Positions 1 to 12,334 of a DNA stretch of 64,000 bases are shown here, piece by piece. The DNA is from Selaginella moellendorffii (Eukaryota > Plantae > Lycopodiophyta): contig NW_003314263.1 of NCBI RefSeq assembly GCF_000143415.4, positions 1,886,749 to 1,950,748 of the forward strand, given 5' to 3'. Position 1 is the stretch's first letter, and each line of letters starts with the position of its first letter. The notes beneath the pieces were generated by a model that was not told the DNA's origin, searched no databases, and was given only the letters and a program-made list of their open reading frames with translations. The position numbers were made by a program, and so were the translations under genes.

Positions 1-299
1 ATGTAGTATATAAATAGCACTTAGACGTGCTGGAAAACAACCCCCACTCACTATTGTATGCATTTGCATTGATTTAACCATCTTTTCTCTCACCTATGAC
101 TATTTGTGCAAAGTAGAATTGAGAGAGTGATATATATTTATCTTTACTCATGCCTTTGGGGTTTAAAGTTGAGTTTTATTCTATTCTATTCTTATTCTTC
201 TCCTCTTTTTCTCTTCTCTACATTCTTGTCTCTATTTATTTGTCACTATTTTGCAGACAGGGGCAAGAATGTGAGTATAGACAGAAAAAGCCTTATTCA
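1..299 (+). repeat. Partial LTR (3' part) of the same family as the LTRs at 3418-3878 and 6318-6776
   Basis: ATGTAGTATATAAATAGCACTTAGAC...AAAAAGCCTTATTCA aligns with 3588-3878 and 6488-6776. It ends in CA and is not followed by the PBS-like TGGCAGCC, so it is a 3' or solo LTR. Confidence 0.8.
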
Positions 300-2600
300 A
301 AGACTGAGGGTTAAGGGCCTTAGGTGAGAGTGAGTATGGACTCAAAAAATCCACTCAAAGAAGTGCTTAAAAGCAACTCTCACTCTTAGAAGGGAAATTG
401 ATTGCAATGCTCCCAGCTTATATAGAGTTGTGCCCTATTTGAGTACTATAGGGCTTATTAATTTTCACTCTTTCCTAGGGGTTTGTAAGCAACTAAAGGG
501 AACGACTCAAAAGATGATCCATGGGGTTTAAATATAGAGGGCAAAAGGCCCATGAATAAGAGTGCACCTTCTTTTCCAATTGGTTAAGGGTATTGGGATA
601 CTTGGGGTTAAGCATCTTTAGGTTTGAATAGTACTGGGTTGTGTGACCTAAAAAATCAGAGTTTATAAGGTTTATGCCTTTCCTTTGGGACAGAAGTGGG
701 GGAGTAAGGGTACTCATACTAGGCTGCTAGGCCACAATGTTTCCCCCTATATCCAGAAGCAAAAAATGCGCCCAAGGCTTGGGATTTAGAAGGTTTTATA
801 ATCAAGTTTTGTTGTACGAAGGATGTTAAAAATTTAGAGGTTTGGTGTGCTTGGCTACTTGTACCTATGAAGAATGTAGCTAAACCTTGAGTCTAGTTTA
901 ACCCTGGGAGGGGGATTGGGAGAAAATTTGGGAATCTAAAGATGGATGGCTAACACTTTATTGCTCATGTAGTGAATAGTTAAAACCAAGTAGGATCAAA
1001 TAGGAACTAGTACAATATGTGGGAACCTTAGCAAGGGAACTTAACTAAAGCTAAGGCAATCAAATAGACGAGGTAAGATGGTAAATTAAAAAGGAAAAAT
1101 TTATTTCTTATAATCATCAATATAAATGACAATATAAAGATGAAAAAAATCATAAAACATATTATTTGCCATATATTGGAAAATAAAAGAAGTATTGATC
1201 AGACTAATAAGTAGCATCATGTACTTGAAGTGGCTATAACAAGTATAAAATGTTATTTTCCACTCATCACCCCTTTGAATGTAAATGAGGCTATAAGCAC
1301 TATACAAATCAATCTTAGTGAAGAATTAGATATCTGAGATGTTGGAGCAACTCTTTAAGATCAATGGAAATAGATATTAATTAGGAATATACTACTTAAC
1401 ACCTTTAACTCCACTAATGAAAGTTTGTAAATGAAACCAAATGGTGGTGATTTCCACTCTACAAGATCAATAGAACAATTATAAAATTAATGTGCTAGCA
1501 AGATGTTAACTCTCCTCTTGTTAAAAACATCCTTAAGGTTGGTATACTTAAAGGGGAAAATGGACTTAATCATAATAGATAAAGATAGCATTAAATGAAT
1601 TGCATTTGTGAAGACAAAACCATAATCCTGACTATTAGCATCTTGGAACTCATATAAAAAAATATAATAAATTTGGATTGGAAAAAAACAGAAGAAAAAA
1701 GACTTAGAGAAGGGGAGAATTGTTTGATCAACATTATGCCACTTCCATGTTTAACAAACTATGGCATATAAATTAATAATAATAATCACTACTAGTAATT
1801 TAATTGTTTAAAAGAAGAGGAGAAAATAAAAATAGGGGAAAAAGAGGATATAGTATTATTTAAAGATTTATAACTTCTAGAAAATAAGGCATCCCATCTA
1901 ACACACTAAAGTTGTGATAGTGTTGTAAGGAAATTTATTAGTATGATGGTCTAAAACAAACTTTTAACAAAAAAAGACAATTACAATCAAATATTTAAGT
2001 GAAAGTAAACATCATAACCCAATTCTAGCATCCCTATATCAACTACTTTAATCAAAGCATTATTCTTATATTATTCTTCTTTCCAAGCTAAGCTTTTCAA
2101 CATTATAATCCTCCACCTTAAACAACCAAAAGATATTCATTTACCTTATTTCTATAATCACCTAATCCACCAAGGATTATGTGTGGCAGATTTAGATGTC
2201 TAAGTTTAAACAATATCATCCTATTCTAGCTATAGAAGTGCAAGATTTGCTATTGTCTAATAGTCATTGAGGAATACTTATTGTCTTAAACTCCTAAGTA
2301 AATTTAGTACTCGATCTTCTACAATCTTTTAAAGGTACAATACATATCTCATTATAAGGTAAATTAGTTAGGTACTATCCTTTTGAAAATCTATATAACA
2401 GCTATATAATAATATAGGATGAGATTAAAATATACTGTCACCATGGATCCTTGAAACTTTGGGGGATAAATAGTGATAAAATAGCCACTAAAAGCTCTTT
2501 TATTAAGCTAATACCCTTTTTCTAATTTACTTAAGAGGAGAGAAATAGGGTGCACTACAGTAGCTAAGATATATATGTATGAAAGTTTATTTATTTTCTA
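300..2600 (-). mobile_element. Degenerate Ty3/gypsy retrotransposon pol/gag remnant
   Basis: ORF 1101-1307(-) IQRGDEWKITFYTCYSHFKYMMLLISLINTSFIFQ...IVIYIDD is a decayed gypsy RT (IREGDEWKTAF..FEYLVMPFGLTNAP..YLDD). Many stops; boundaries approximate. Confidence 0.7.
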
Positions 2601-2699
2601 AATAACCATTTTTATTTGATAATAATAATAAATAATAAATCTACTTACCTAATAGGAGTAATATGGTATTAGAGTTTTCTCTCTAGATCTTAAGATAGT

Positions 2700-5600
2700 G
2701 AGAAGTGATTCTCCAAAGGCAAAATAATGGTGAACAACCATAGAGAAGTGTTAATTGTTACTTAAAAACTAGATATAGGATTTAATTCCATTACCAGCAA
2801 ATGGGAGGGTAATCAACATCAAATGGCTATTCAAACTCAAGCTCAATACCACTAGTGAGGTGATACATTATAAATCTATAACTAAAAGTTTTTTGTATAT
2901 GGCAAGATTGATTTCTTATAAACATTCTCCTTAGTGATAAAGATGGTGCCCATTCAACTTTTTCTATAGATTGCAACTTGTTAGAATCTCGAAATTCACC
3001 AACTTAACATGAAAATGGACTTTCTTTATGGTGAGTTGCAAAAGTAAGTCTTCACCTCTCAACTAGAATGTTTTATCTAGCACAAAAGAGAAACACATAT
3101 CAAAAAAGCACTCTATAGTTTGTAGCAATATTCTAGGGCATGGTATGACTTTGTAGACCTGTTTCTTTGGCACTTGGCTTCATCAAAATTCAAGTAAATG
3201 GTAACGTTTAAATATACTCCTCATGAAGTAATGGAACAGCTTTGCTCTCTTTACATTTAATGTGGATAACAATTTGATAATTGCCACCAAAATAAACTTG
3301 ATACACTATTTTGAGTAGTGTTTTTAATCAAAATTTGAAGTCTAGAAATCTCTTTCATTTTGTCTTAGCATCTAGGTGTTCCAAATAACTAGAATAATTG
3401 ATCTTTTTCAAGAGCACTGACAAAAAGGTAAATGTTTTATCTTATATATCATCCCAAGCAGAGCAAAAAGAGAAAGTTTAAATGCGATGGAGTTATGCCT
3501 AAGTTTAGACATCTAAAGAAGAAAAACCTGACCTAAGCAATGCTCATCATAAACAAAAGTGAAGTAGTTATAAACAGTTATAAAATTATGTAGTATATAA
3601 TTAGCACTTAGACATGTTGGAAAATAACCCCCACTCATTATTGTATGCATTTGTATTGAATTAACCATCTTTTATCCCACTTATTATTATTTGTGCAAAA
3701 GTAGAATTGAGAGAGTGACATATGTTTATCCTTACTTCGCATTTAAGGTTTAAAGCTAAGTTCTATTCTATTCTCTTCTCATTCTTCTCTTTTACTCTAA
3801 ATTTTTATCTTTGTTTGTTTATCACTATTTTGCAGGTAGGGGCAAGAATGCAAATATAGGCAGAAAAAGCTTTATTCACTTTTGGCAGCCACAGTGGGAT
3901 AAACTGCCACTCTTTGGTTTGAAAAACAACCAGGAAAAGATCATTTATGAATTTCAAACATACATAACACTAAGAATCACAAGTAGATCTTTTTAGTGAT
4001 TGTAAAGGCATTGAGCCTAGACAACACTGAACAAAAGAGTTCTTTTTGCAATTGCAATGGCCTAGTGCTTAAATAATGCAAGAAAGATAGTTTTCAACTA
4101 TCACCTAAGCCATAGAGTATGGGACGAGTTTGAAATTGGAGTTCAGCATATATTGCAAAAAAACTCAAATTCAAATTGTTTCGCTAGCAAATTCTTGAGA
4201 AAAATCTAAAAAAAGAAGGAATGGAGTTTATTTGATATGGAAAACACAATTAACTGCTCTAAAATTCTTTCCTTCTGAATAAGTTCTCATTTGAGTTTTT
4301 AGAAGATACATTTTTTAGTAGCATGTCACAACTTTTCTAGGCATATACAAGTAGGAAAATTAAGCATCTGTAACTCTTGTTTTCGACTCCAATTTAAAAA
4401 GAGTTAAAGCCAACCTTAATGAAGAATAAATTGGGGAATTATTCACCAAAGTTTTACAAAACTTTGACAAAGGCAGAATCACAATTAAAACATTATGTTG
4501 TCTCAAGGCTTTGATCCAAGGTCTTTTAGCTTAGATTACTACTCAGATACGGTTTGAGAGTAGACTTGTCATGAGTTTAACTCTCTTACACATATTGTAA
4601 GAGCTTATAAAACTTGAACAAAACTCACAAGTCGAAAATTTAAAAACAATTATCACAAATCGCTCTAATTGTTCAAACAACTATATGACACCTAGGCAAA
4701 TTAATCAAGACTCATTTTTTACACATAGAAAGCTTACTTAAATAAGCTTAAGAATTTGTCATACAAGTTTAAGTAGAGACTTGTATTGACCATTACCACT
4801 CATTGACAAAGAGGCTAAAGAAAAATTTATTTTGAAAAGCAAGTTTTGTCTAGATCTGAAGCAAAATCTTCCATAAATTAGCTATTATATGTTTGGAAAA
4901 CTATCTAATATAATTCCACAAGAAAATTGATCTAGAATAAGCTATCATACACTAGATAGTTTGACCCTTATATTGATTCCACAGGGCAATTTCACGAAAT
5001 GGTTTCCATGCTCTATTCAAATTAGTCCCTAATATTGATTTAGTTTGCATAAAACTTGCTAAAAGCAATAGGCCACTCTTTTTAATTCCATAATTGTAAA
5101 GGCAAAGTTGGTTATAAGCTAGAGGGTAAGACCCATTGTGAAGTAAACAAACTACTCTAGAATTGGCTATCACACACCAGAGACCTTGCACTAAATTAAT
5201 TTTAACTATACTAACCATAGGCAGAAAGGGAAGGTCCTCCTGGGCACTTATATGGAGAGATTAAGGATTGACAACCCTTTATAGTCTTAATAGAAGTTGA
5301 ATGAGGGAATTGAGATAGACAAAATAAGAATGTTTACCAACGATCTATCACACTTATCAAAAGATACATTTTGCTTATAAATTTAAATGGAAGTTAGTTA
5401 ATCCTCACTTTATATGACTAAGCAAAAGTATAAGAAAGATAAAACTAAACTATCTTATATGTCTAACTAACCCAATGAATGATAAATTTAACGAAATTAC
5501 TTAAACAACTTGACGAATTACCAAGCAAAATACTTGATAATATTCTATTCAAGGTATATAGAAGTTTGACTCCTGGTACCTTTACTATTATCAAAGGTGT

Positions 5601-7020
5601 AATAATACATCTAGATTACTTTGTAGGTACATAGTGTGAGTGATATTTATATATATGGAGTTACATATACAAAAAGAAAATAGTACCAAGATTCTTCCTA
5701 AACAGAGAGATAGTTTGCCTATTCAAGTTAGACACAAATCCTGAGTATTATAACTTGCAAAGGATTTATAAAATTCCGCCTACTAGACAATTGCTAAAAT
5801 TTTATACAATCTTAGACAAAGAAGCTATTGTAGGAACTTTAATAGTTCACAATAAAACTTGGATACCCATAGGCAGAAATACACTTGCTAATAATTAGGT
5901 TAATAGACATTAGATCAATCCTGAATCTGGATTGATAAGCAAGCAGCCAATTGACGAACCGATACAGCCGGTAAAAGACGAGGAAACAACGAAATACCAT
6001 ATACAAATCTTGAGCTACCTCAAGACAATCACCAAGAAAGTAGATGGAATCGTGGGCAAGCAGAATTATCAACACCACATAATCCAAGAACTCAAGAGTG
6101 CAATCCTTGCTTCCACATCCACTGATGCAGAGCACATCAACTATCAGGACTAGCACATTGCAATGTTCGATCAGGAAAATCATATCATATATCAAGAATT
6201 CGATAATCTACGCTAAAGCATTGAGCTTGTCACTATAAAGATCAGGCTTAGCAACCTGGAGTAGGATTTGGAAAATCTAATTACCTAAGGATAGGTAATA
6301 GCTTTGTCATGGGGGAGTGATGAAGAGGTAAATGTTTTATCTTGTGTATTATCCTAGGCAGAGCAAAAGAAGAAAGTTTAGGTGAAATGGAATTATGCTT
6401 AAGCTTATGCATCTAAAAAAGAAAGATCTGATCTAGGCAACATTTGTCATAAACAAGTGTGAAACAGTTATAAATGATTATAAAATTATGTAATATATAA
6501 ATAACACTTAGACATGCTAGAAACAACCCCCACTCACTATGATATGCATTTGCATTAAATTAACTTCTTTTCTTTTACCTATGATTGTTTCTGCAAAAAT
6601 AGAGTTGAGAGAGTGATATTTTCTTATCCTTATTCATGCCTTTGGGGTTAAAGCTAAGTTCTATTTCATTCTTTTATCATTCTTCTTCTCTTCTCTACAT
6701 TTTTATCTTTGTTTGTTTGTCATTATTTTGCAGATAGGGGCAAGAATGTGAGTATAGGCAAAAAAAGCATTACTCAAACACTATATAGAGGAAGTTCTTG
6801 CTAAGCTTAACATAAAATATGCTAAAATAATTGCAACACCACTTCCAATAGACTTGCACTTACAAAAACACAAAATCATTTATTTAAGGAGGAGAAGTAG
6901 GATGTGAGGAATATCCCACATAAACAAGCAATTAAATATTTAATTTATCTTGCAATATGCACAAGGAAAAACTCAATCTTTACTATTAAAGAAGTGCCCA
7001 AGTTCTTAGAAAGGTACATC
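2700..7020 (+). mobile_element. Degenerate Ty1/copia reverse transcriptase remnant, interrupted at 3417/6777 by an LTR element
   Basis: The + strand reads decayed copia RT motifs (KWLFKLK..., MKMDFLYGELQK..., KKALYSL..). The frame ...LFQEH (to 3417) resumes at 6782 as YIEEVLAKLNIKYAKIIATPLP, then IPHKQAIKYLIYLAICTR. Confidence 0.65.
3418..6776 (+). mobile_element. Two-LTR retroelement, ~460-bp LTRs (3418-3878, 6318-6776), degenerate or non-autonomous interior
   Basis: Both LTRs start TGA and end CA. PBS-like TGGCAGCCACAGTGGGA at 3883; polypurine tract GGGGGAG at 6311-6317; 5-bp TSD AGCAC (3413-3417) / AACAC (6777-6781) with one mismatch. Confidence 0.85.
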
Positions 7021-8785
7021 TAATTACAGGTTGAGGACAAACCCTTTATATTACCTCCTAGAATGAAACTTAACCATTTTAGACAAAATACAATATTATC
7101 AACTTTATCTTTAAGGATTGGTTTGGGGAAGAAGGTGGTGAAGAAAGTTTTATAGAACTCCTTTGCAACTGTAAGAGGTGGAATAAGAAGCTTTATGGTA
7201 TAAAATAATATCTATATTTTTACCTTTGTTTACACCATAGAATACCTCATTTGGATTTCTATTAAATAAATCTACAAAAGAAAAAAAACTTAAAACAATG
7301 TTCTTAATTGAATTAGACTATACCTTCATGAATTATAGCATTTATATATCTTGTGCTCTAAGCCTTCACCATAGTGTTAAGAGAGATATTGGAATGCCTT
7401 CCAAATGGATTAAGTGCTAGAGCAACATAGCACCTCATCTTTGTATATCTACCACCTTTTGATGCCCTAAGCATGCTCTATTGAAGTGTCTTCACAATCT
7501 GAGGCCGAGCAAGCACATACCTACACTAACAATAGTCGAGAAAGAAGCCTCTTCCCCAGGCAAGCACCCTCTTAAATGACACATAAAAACCACCATGGGT
7601 ATAAGCATAGCATTGTAACTTGGAGAAGGCCTCCCACTCAATCTAATAGGCATCATTAGCCTTGCTAGGATCCCCATCAAGAAAATGTAGTGATTGTGAG
7701 ATTCTAGCCTAGTAATAAAAGATGTGGATGGCTAGACCTTAGAAATGAGAGAGGGTGAATTTGGCAGTGGTGACACAATTATTGGCACTAGAGAAGTGGC
7801 ATAAACTTGAGCTATATATGGTAATGTAGAGTGTTGGCCAAGACATAGCAATATAGCATATTGGAGATGGGTTTGCTAGAGTGTATAAAATCATTGCAGC
7901 AATTAGCACATCAAGGGGTGGCCCTTTTCCATCCTTACCTATGGGATTCAGCCATAGCCATGACTAAACATCACCATCCCCCCAAATCCTAAAGAGCTTT
8001 CTTGTTTAGTCTAGTTGTGCTTCAACTGAGAAGTGAAGTGGCCCAGTAAAAGAAATTAGATGTTTGCTCTTGGAGAGTAAGAGAAAAAATAAACAATCAA
8101 GTAAGAGATCTGTGCCATAATACAACCTAGTGGTATATCCTAAAGGAATAACTCAACTATTCCACACCCAATTAGGCAGTATGGCCAATCTTGTGTCTAC
8201 TCATCATGGTCCCTCAAAGGGGACCATGGTGGCATATGAAGGATGAGGCAGTTCCTGGGTAGGGCGAGCACGTTCCCGCCCAGAATGGGCAAGCCGGGCA
8301 TTAGCCCGGCGAGCACGTTCTGGAGGGAATGAGTGAGCCCGTGCCCGGGAACAGCTTTAACGGGCTGTGGCAAGACTGTTAACGGACATGTGGAAGAATG
8401 TTATTCGAGGATGAGAGGGTTTTCTAGAATTGGCAGCTGGTACCCTAGTTCTCCAAAACCTGGCAGCTGACAGCTAGGTTTTGGAGAACCTAGCAATTGT
8501 CAGCCACGTTCTCACAGAGAACCTGACTCAATCCGATGGCTGCCAACGGTTGGATCAAGTTAATGGGCAAGCCACAGCCTGTTAAGGCCTAGTAATTGAA
8601 GCCTGGTAGTCATAAGTGTTCGGTAGTGATAACCTCCATCACAGTGCAAACCAAATCTGTGTCCCAAAATGTGGGAGCAAGGCGGTAATGACATTAGATG
8701 GCTGATGAAGAGGAGCCATTGGCAGCCCAAATGGTTCCTCTAGAATGTACCTCATACCCTCTATTACAAACTAGATCATATGGAA

Positions 8786-11700
8786 TGTAAGATATATAGG
8801 ACGTGGCTAATGGAGTGGAGAAGGTTTTTTATTTTCTTTCTCTGACTTCCTTTCTATCCTTTCTTTATTTCTGCTCATTCTCCTTCTTGCATTCCCTTTA
8901 ATTCATGAGAAGGAATGATTAATATTACAATTCATTCCTTACATTTGGTTGCCCATGGGCTGAAAGTGACAAATCTACTGTGTCCATTGCCTCTTATTCT
9001 AAGTGATTTCCTTTATGATGGGTTTCATTGCGATCTAAGATCCATCCTCACTCGTGTGGTAGGTTTCTTTGCATGCAATTGAGTTTTTTTTTTTTGGCAG
9101 TGTGGTATAGCAAAGATTCAAAGATGAGCACCATGCTATGGGTAATTAAGAAATCACGAGATCGATGGAAAAAGGAGGGCGAATTAAGCATCATTATTGT
9201 TCATAACTCAAAAGAATTGCCACAGCACGCCATGGCTAGGGAATCAGTCAGTGAGTTGAAGGGGATGCTTCAATTGTTCATGCAGCAATATCTTGAGAAT
9301 CATAAGCAATTAATGAGCTAGCAAGATCTTCAAGCCTTCAAGAAACATTAGCTTCACAATTAGTACAAGATAGTGGGGGTACTAGAGGAGGTGCTCACAC
9401 AATGTAATATTGTTTCCCTCTTAACAACTTTAGTGGTGGATGTAGCTTAGGCAAAACCAGCCTCTATTTGGGAAGTAATGGTGGTAGCACTCAACACAAA
9501 TTAATGATTTCATGAGATTGAAGGGCATTTTTTATGACTAGAGCATATCGTTGGACAGATCTAGCCTTCATGAGAGATCTTACCATTTAATTACATTGGA
9601 AACAACTTTAGAAACCGTGGAAAGAGATGACACCTCAGGAGAAGGTGAAATGAACAAAAGACCTTAAATTGGGGAAGTGTTTCGATTGTAGCAAGCATTG
9701 GAGCAAAGGCCACTATCTTTTTTGTTAAAATAAGGTGGCAATCTAAGGATGGGTTGCAATGCTATGTTTCAAAGAGGATGAAAAAGGCATGTTGCATAAA
9801 GTGGATTTGGATGACATTGATGATATAGAGGAGGTGTTTGTATGGGAAGGTGGCCAAGACAGCAATTGAGCAAGTGGCAAAGCATGAGATATCATTCCTA
9901 GACCTGCATTCCTCAAAAAAACTAGACAACAATGCTTGTTTGAAGGGCTAGATCAATGGTTAGGTTACTTTTGGCTTGTCGGACCCTAGCACATCACACA
10001 CTTCCATCAACTAGATAAGTTACGTGCTACTTCCTCTCTCAAGAAATTTCAAGCTTTTCTTGGCTTTGCTAATTACTTGCGAGTTTGTGCAACACTTTGA
10101 ACAGTGGCTGCCCCCCCCCCCCCCCCCCCCCTTTTTCTTGACATTGATATTGTTCATCGACGTTCAAGGTTCCTTCAATCCATTAAAGGAACAACTATTG
10201 TCTGCTCCAATACTTGTCCTCCCAAATTTTTCTAAGGAATTTTGAGACAGATGCTTCAGATGTAGGAGTTGGTGGTGTACTCTTACAAGACTCTCACTTC
10301 ATCGCTTTCGAGAGCTATCGATTTTCTCTGGCTGAATCTTGCATGGTGTACAAACAGGAGATGACAAGAGTGATTCACGCAATTCATAAATGGCACCACT
10401 ACCTCTCATTTTGCCATTTTTGCCAACAAGTGGATCACCTCAGCTTGCAGTTCCTGATGGATCAACAGCACCTTAGCAAGGAACAATGTTGTTGGATCGA
10501 GGAACTACAGGCTCTTGACTTCACGATTGAATATATACCAGGTACTTCCAATACAATTCCTGATGCTCTTTCATGCATGTTTGCAAAGCCAAAAGGTTCT
10601 GCTATTTGCCATATAAATAATAATTTACTCATATACTCATATAATTTGTATGAGTATGAAGATGACCTTGCTGTCTGGACATTGTCCGCAGGACAACATC
10701 ATTCCAAGTATGTCCTTGATGAGGGCCTTCTCTGGATAAAGGGTTGCATTGTCTTGAGTAGCAGGCATGACCTTCACAAACAGGTGTTCCGTGACTGCCA
10801 CTCTAGCTTGGTGACTGGACATCCGGGAGGAACATCGACTAGATGCTATCAGACTCCATTTTATTGGAAAGAAATGCATAAATGCTTGGTTTGTCAACAG
10901 ACTAAGCATGAGATGGTTCCATCTCGCAGTTGGTCCATTTGATAGTATTAACATGGATTTTATTGTCGGCCTTCCTTCTGTCCGAGGTGCCATATTTGTG
11001 ATCATGAATCGTTTCACCAAGGTCGGCTGGTTTATACCAACGAAATCCACTGCTACAGCCAAGGAGGGTCGTTGAGCAGTTCTGTTCCGAGGTCATTCAT
11101 TTTCATGGCCTTCCACACGAAACTAGTTTGGACTGAGATCAACTATTTCACACATTGGAAGTGTCTTTGAGCTTTAGGTTTGTATACCATCCACAGCAAA
11201 CTGTGGAGGGATATCTCCCTGGCTACACTATGGATTTTCCATTGTCCTGGTACAAGTGGCTCGGCAGACAAGTGGATAAGCTCCTTTTCCTGCACCAGAC
11301 TGTTTCTGAGCACCTGTCCTTGTCAACAGATCTCCATCAGCTTGTCCATCAGTGACTAATTGCAGCTCAGATAGAATGAAACATTTCGCTGATTGCCACA
11401 AATCTTCTCAGACTTTTGAGCTTAGGGACTACGTCTATGTTCATTTCCACTTCTGCTCACTCCAAGCTTCATCCCAGGTTCTTTGATCCATTCTTAGTGG
11501 TCGAGAAGATCAATAAAGTTGCTTTTCATCTAAAGCTTCTCATGTCAACAAAACTCCATGATGTGTTCCACATTTCCGAATTGAAGCAGCACTTCAGACT
11601 TCTTCCACCTTTGGCCACACTCCCTCTTCCTTAGGTGTCTTTCTGTTAGGTTCTAAAACAGACACTTGGATCATCCACGTGGGGCAAACTTTGTTCCCTC

Positions 11701-11870
11701 CCGAGCTCGAATCTTTGCGCGCACTTTTTTAATGGCAGCCAGTGTTCCCTAGTGATGTTACGGACTCGACAAGGAGTATGGAAAGTTTTTTATTTTCTTT
11801 CTCAATGTTTTCCCTTCTCCTTTCCTTTCATATTGGGGAGTGATCGATACTACAATTCACTCCTTACACC
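8786..11870 (+). mobile_element. Degenerate Ty3/gypsy retrotransposon (RNase H, integrase, SH3 region) with decayed LTR remnants
   Basis: ORF 10214-10942 FETDASDVGVGGVLLQ (RNase H) and CHSSLVTGHPG (integrase Zn finger); INMDFIVGLP integrase core near 10947; ORF 11416-11634 SKLHPRFFDPF..LHDVFHISELK. LTR-like matches: GTTTTTTATTTTCTTTCTC (~8824/~11785) and TACAATTCA(T/C)TCCTTACA (~8926/~11851). Most of RT is deleted. Confidence 0.8.
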
Positions 11871-12334
11871 CTCCTGCCGTAAGGAGGGGAGGATCAACTC
11901 AGCAATCCATTATTTTAGGTTTGTGTGTGGCATGGTGGCCATTGTGATGAGACACGCAGCGTTTTGAGTTAGGTGGGATGATGAGGGGCCAGGGTTAGAT
12001 AGTATCCAGCACAACTGTGAGTCCTCACATCCGACACCTTCACAGCTACTGGTTCAGACCATGACATACATGGTATTTCAAGGGGAAATGATCGTGGGGT
12101 GGCCGGAAGTTGTGGCTGGTTGTTCACCCGCCGTCGCGCAATTCGGCACTGCTGTTTTGATGTGAGGTTGGACGCACTCTGGGGCCAGCGACTGGCTTGA
12201 AAGTAGTTCTAATCAAGGTTATCGCTAAGACAGGTATGGGTACCTGAAGATAAAGTATGTCGGAGATCGTGGATGGATGAGAAAGGCTGGTTAAGGAACG
12301 TTCGTGCTGAGGTGGTGCCGTCAGGGGTCGGTAA

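Noticed and set aside
7020-8150. Possible minus-strand gag remnant
   Set aside because: Too degenerate to assign by eye.
10110-10130. Poly-C run giving a poly-proline ORF
   Set aside because: Homopolymer inside a decayed gypsy pol.
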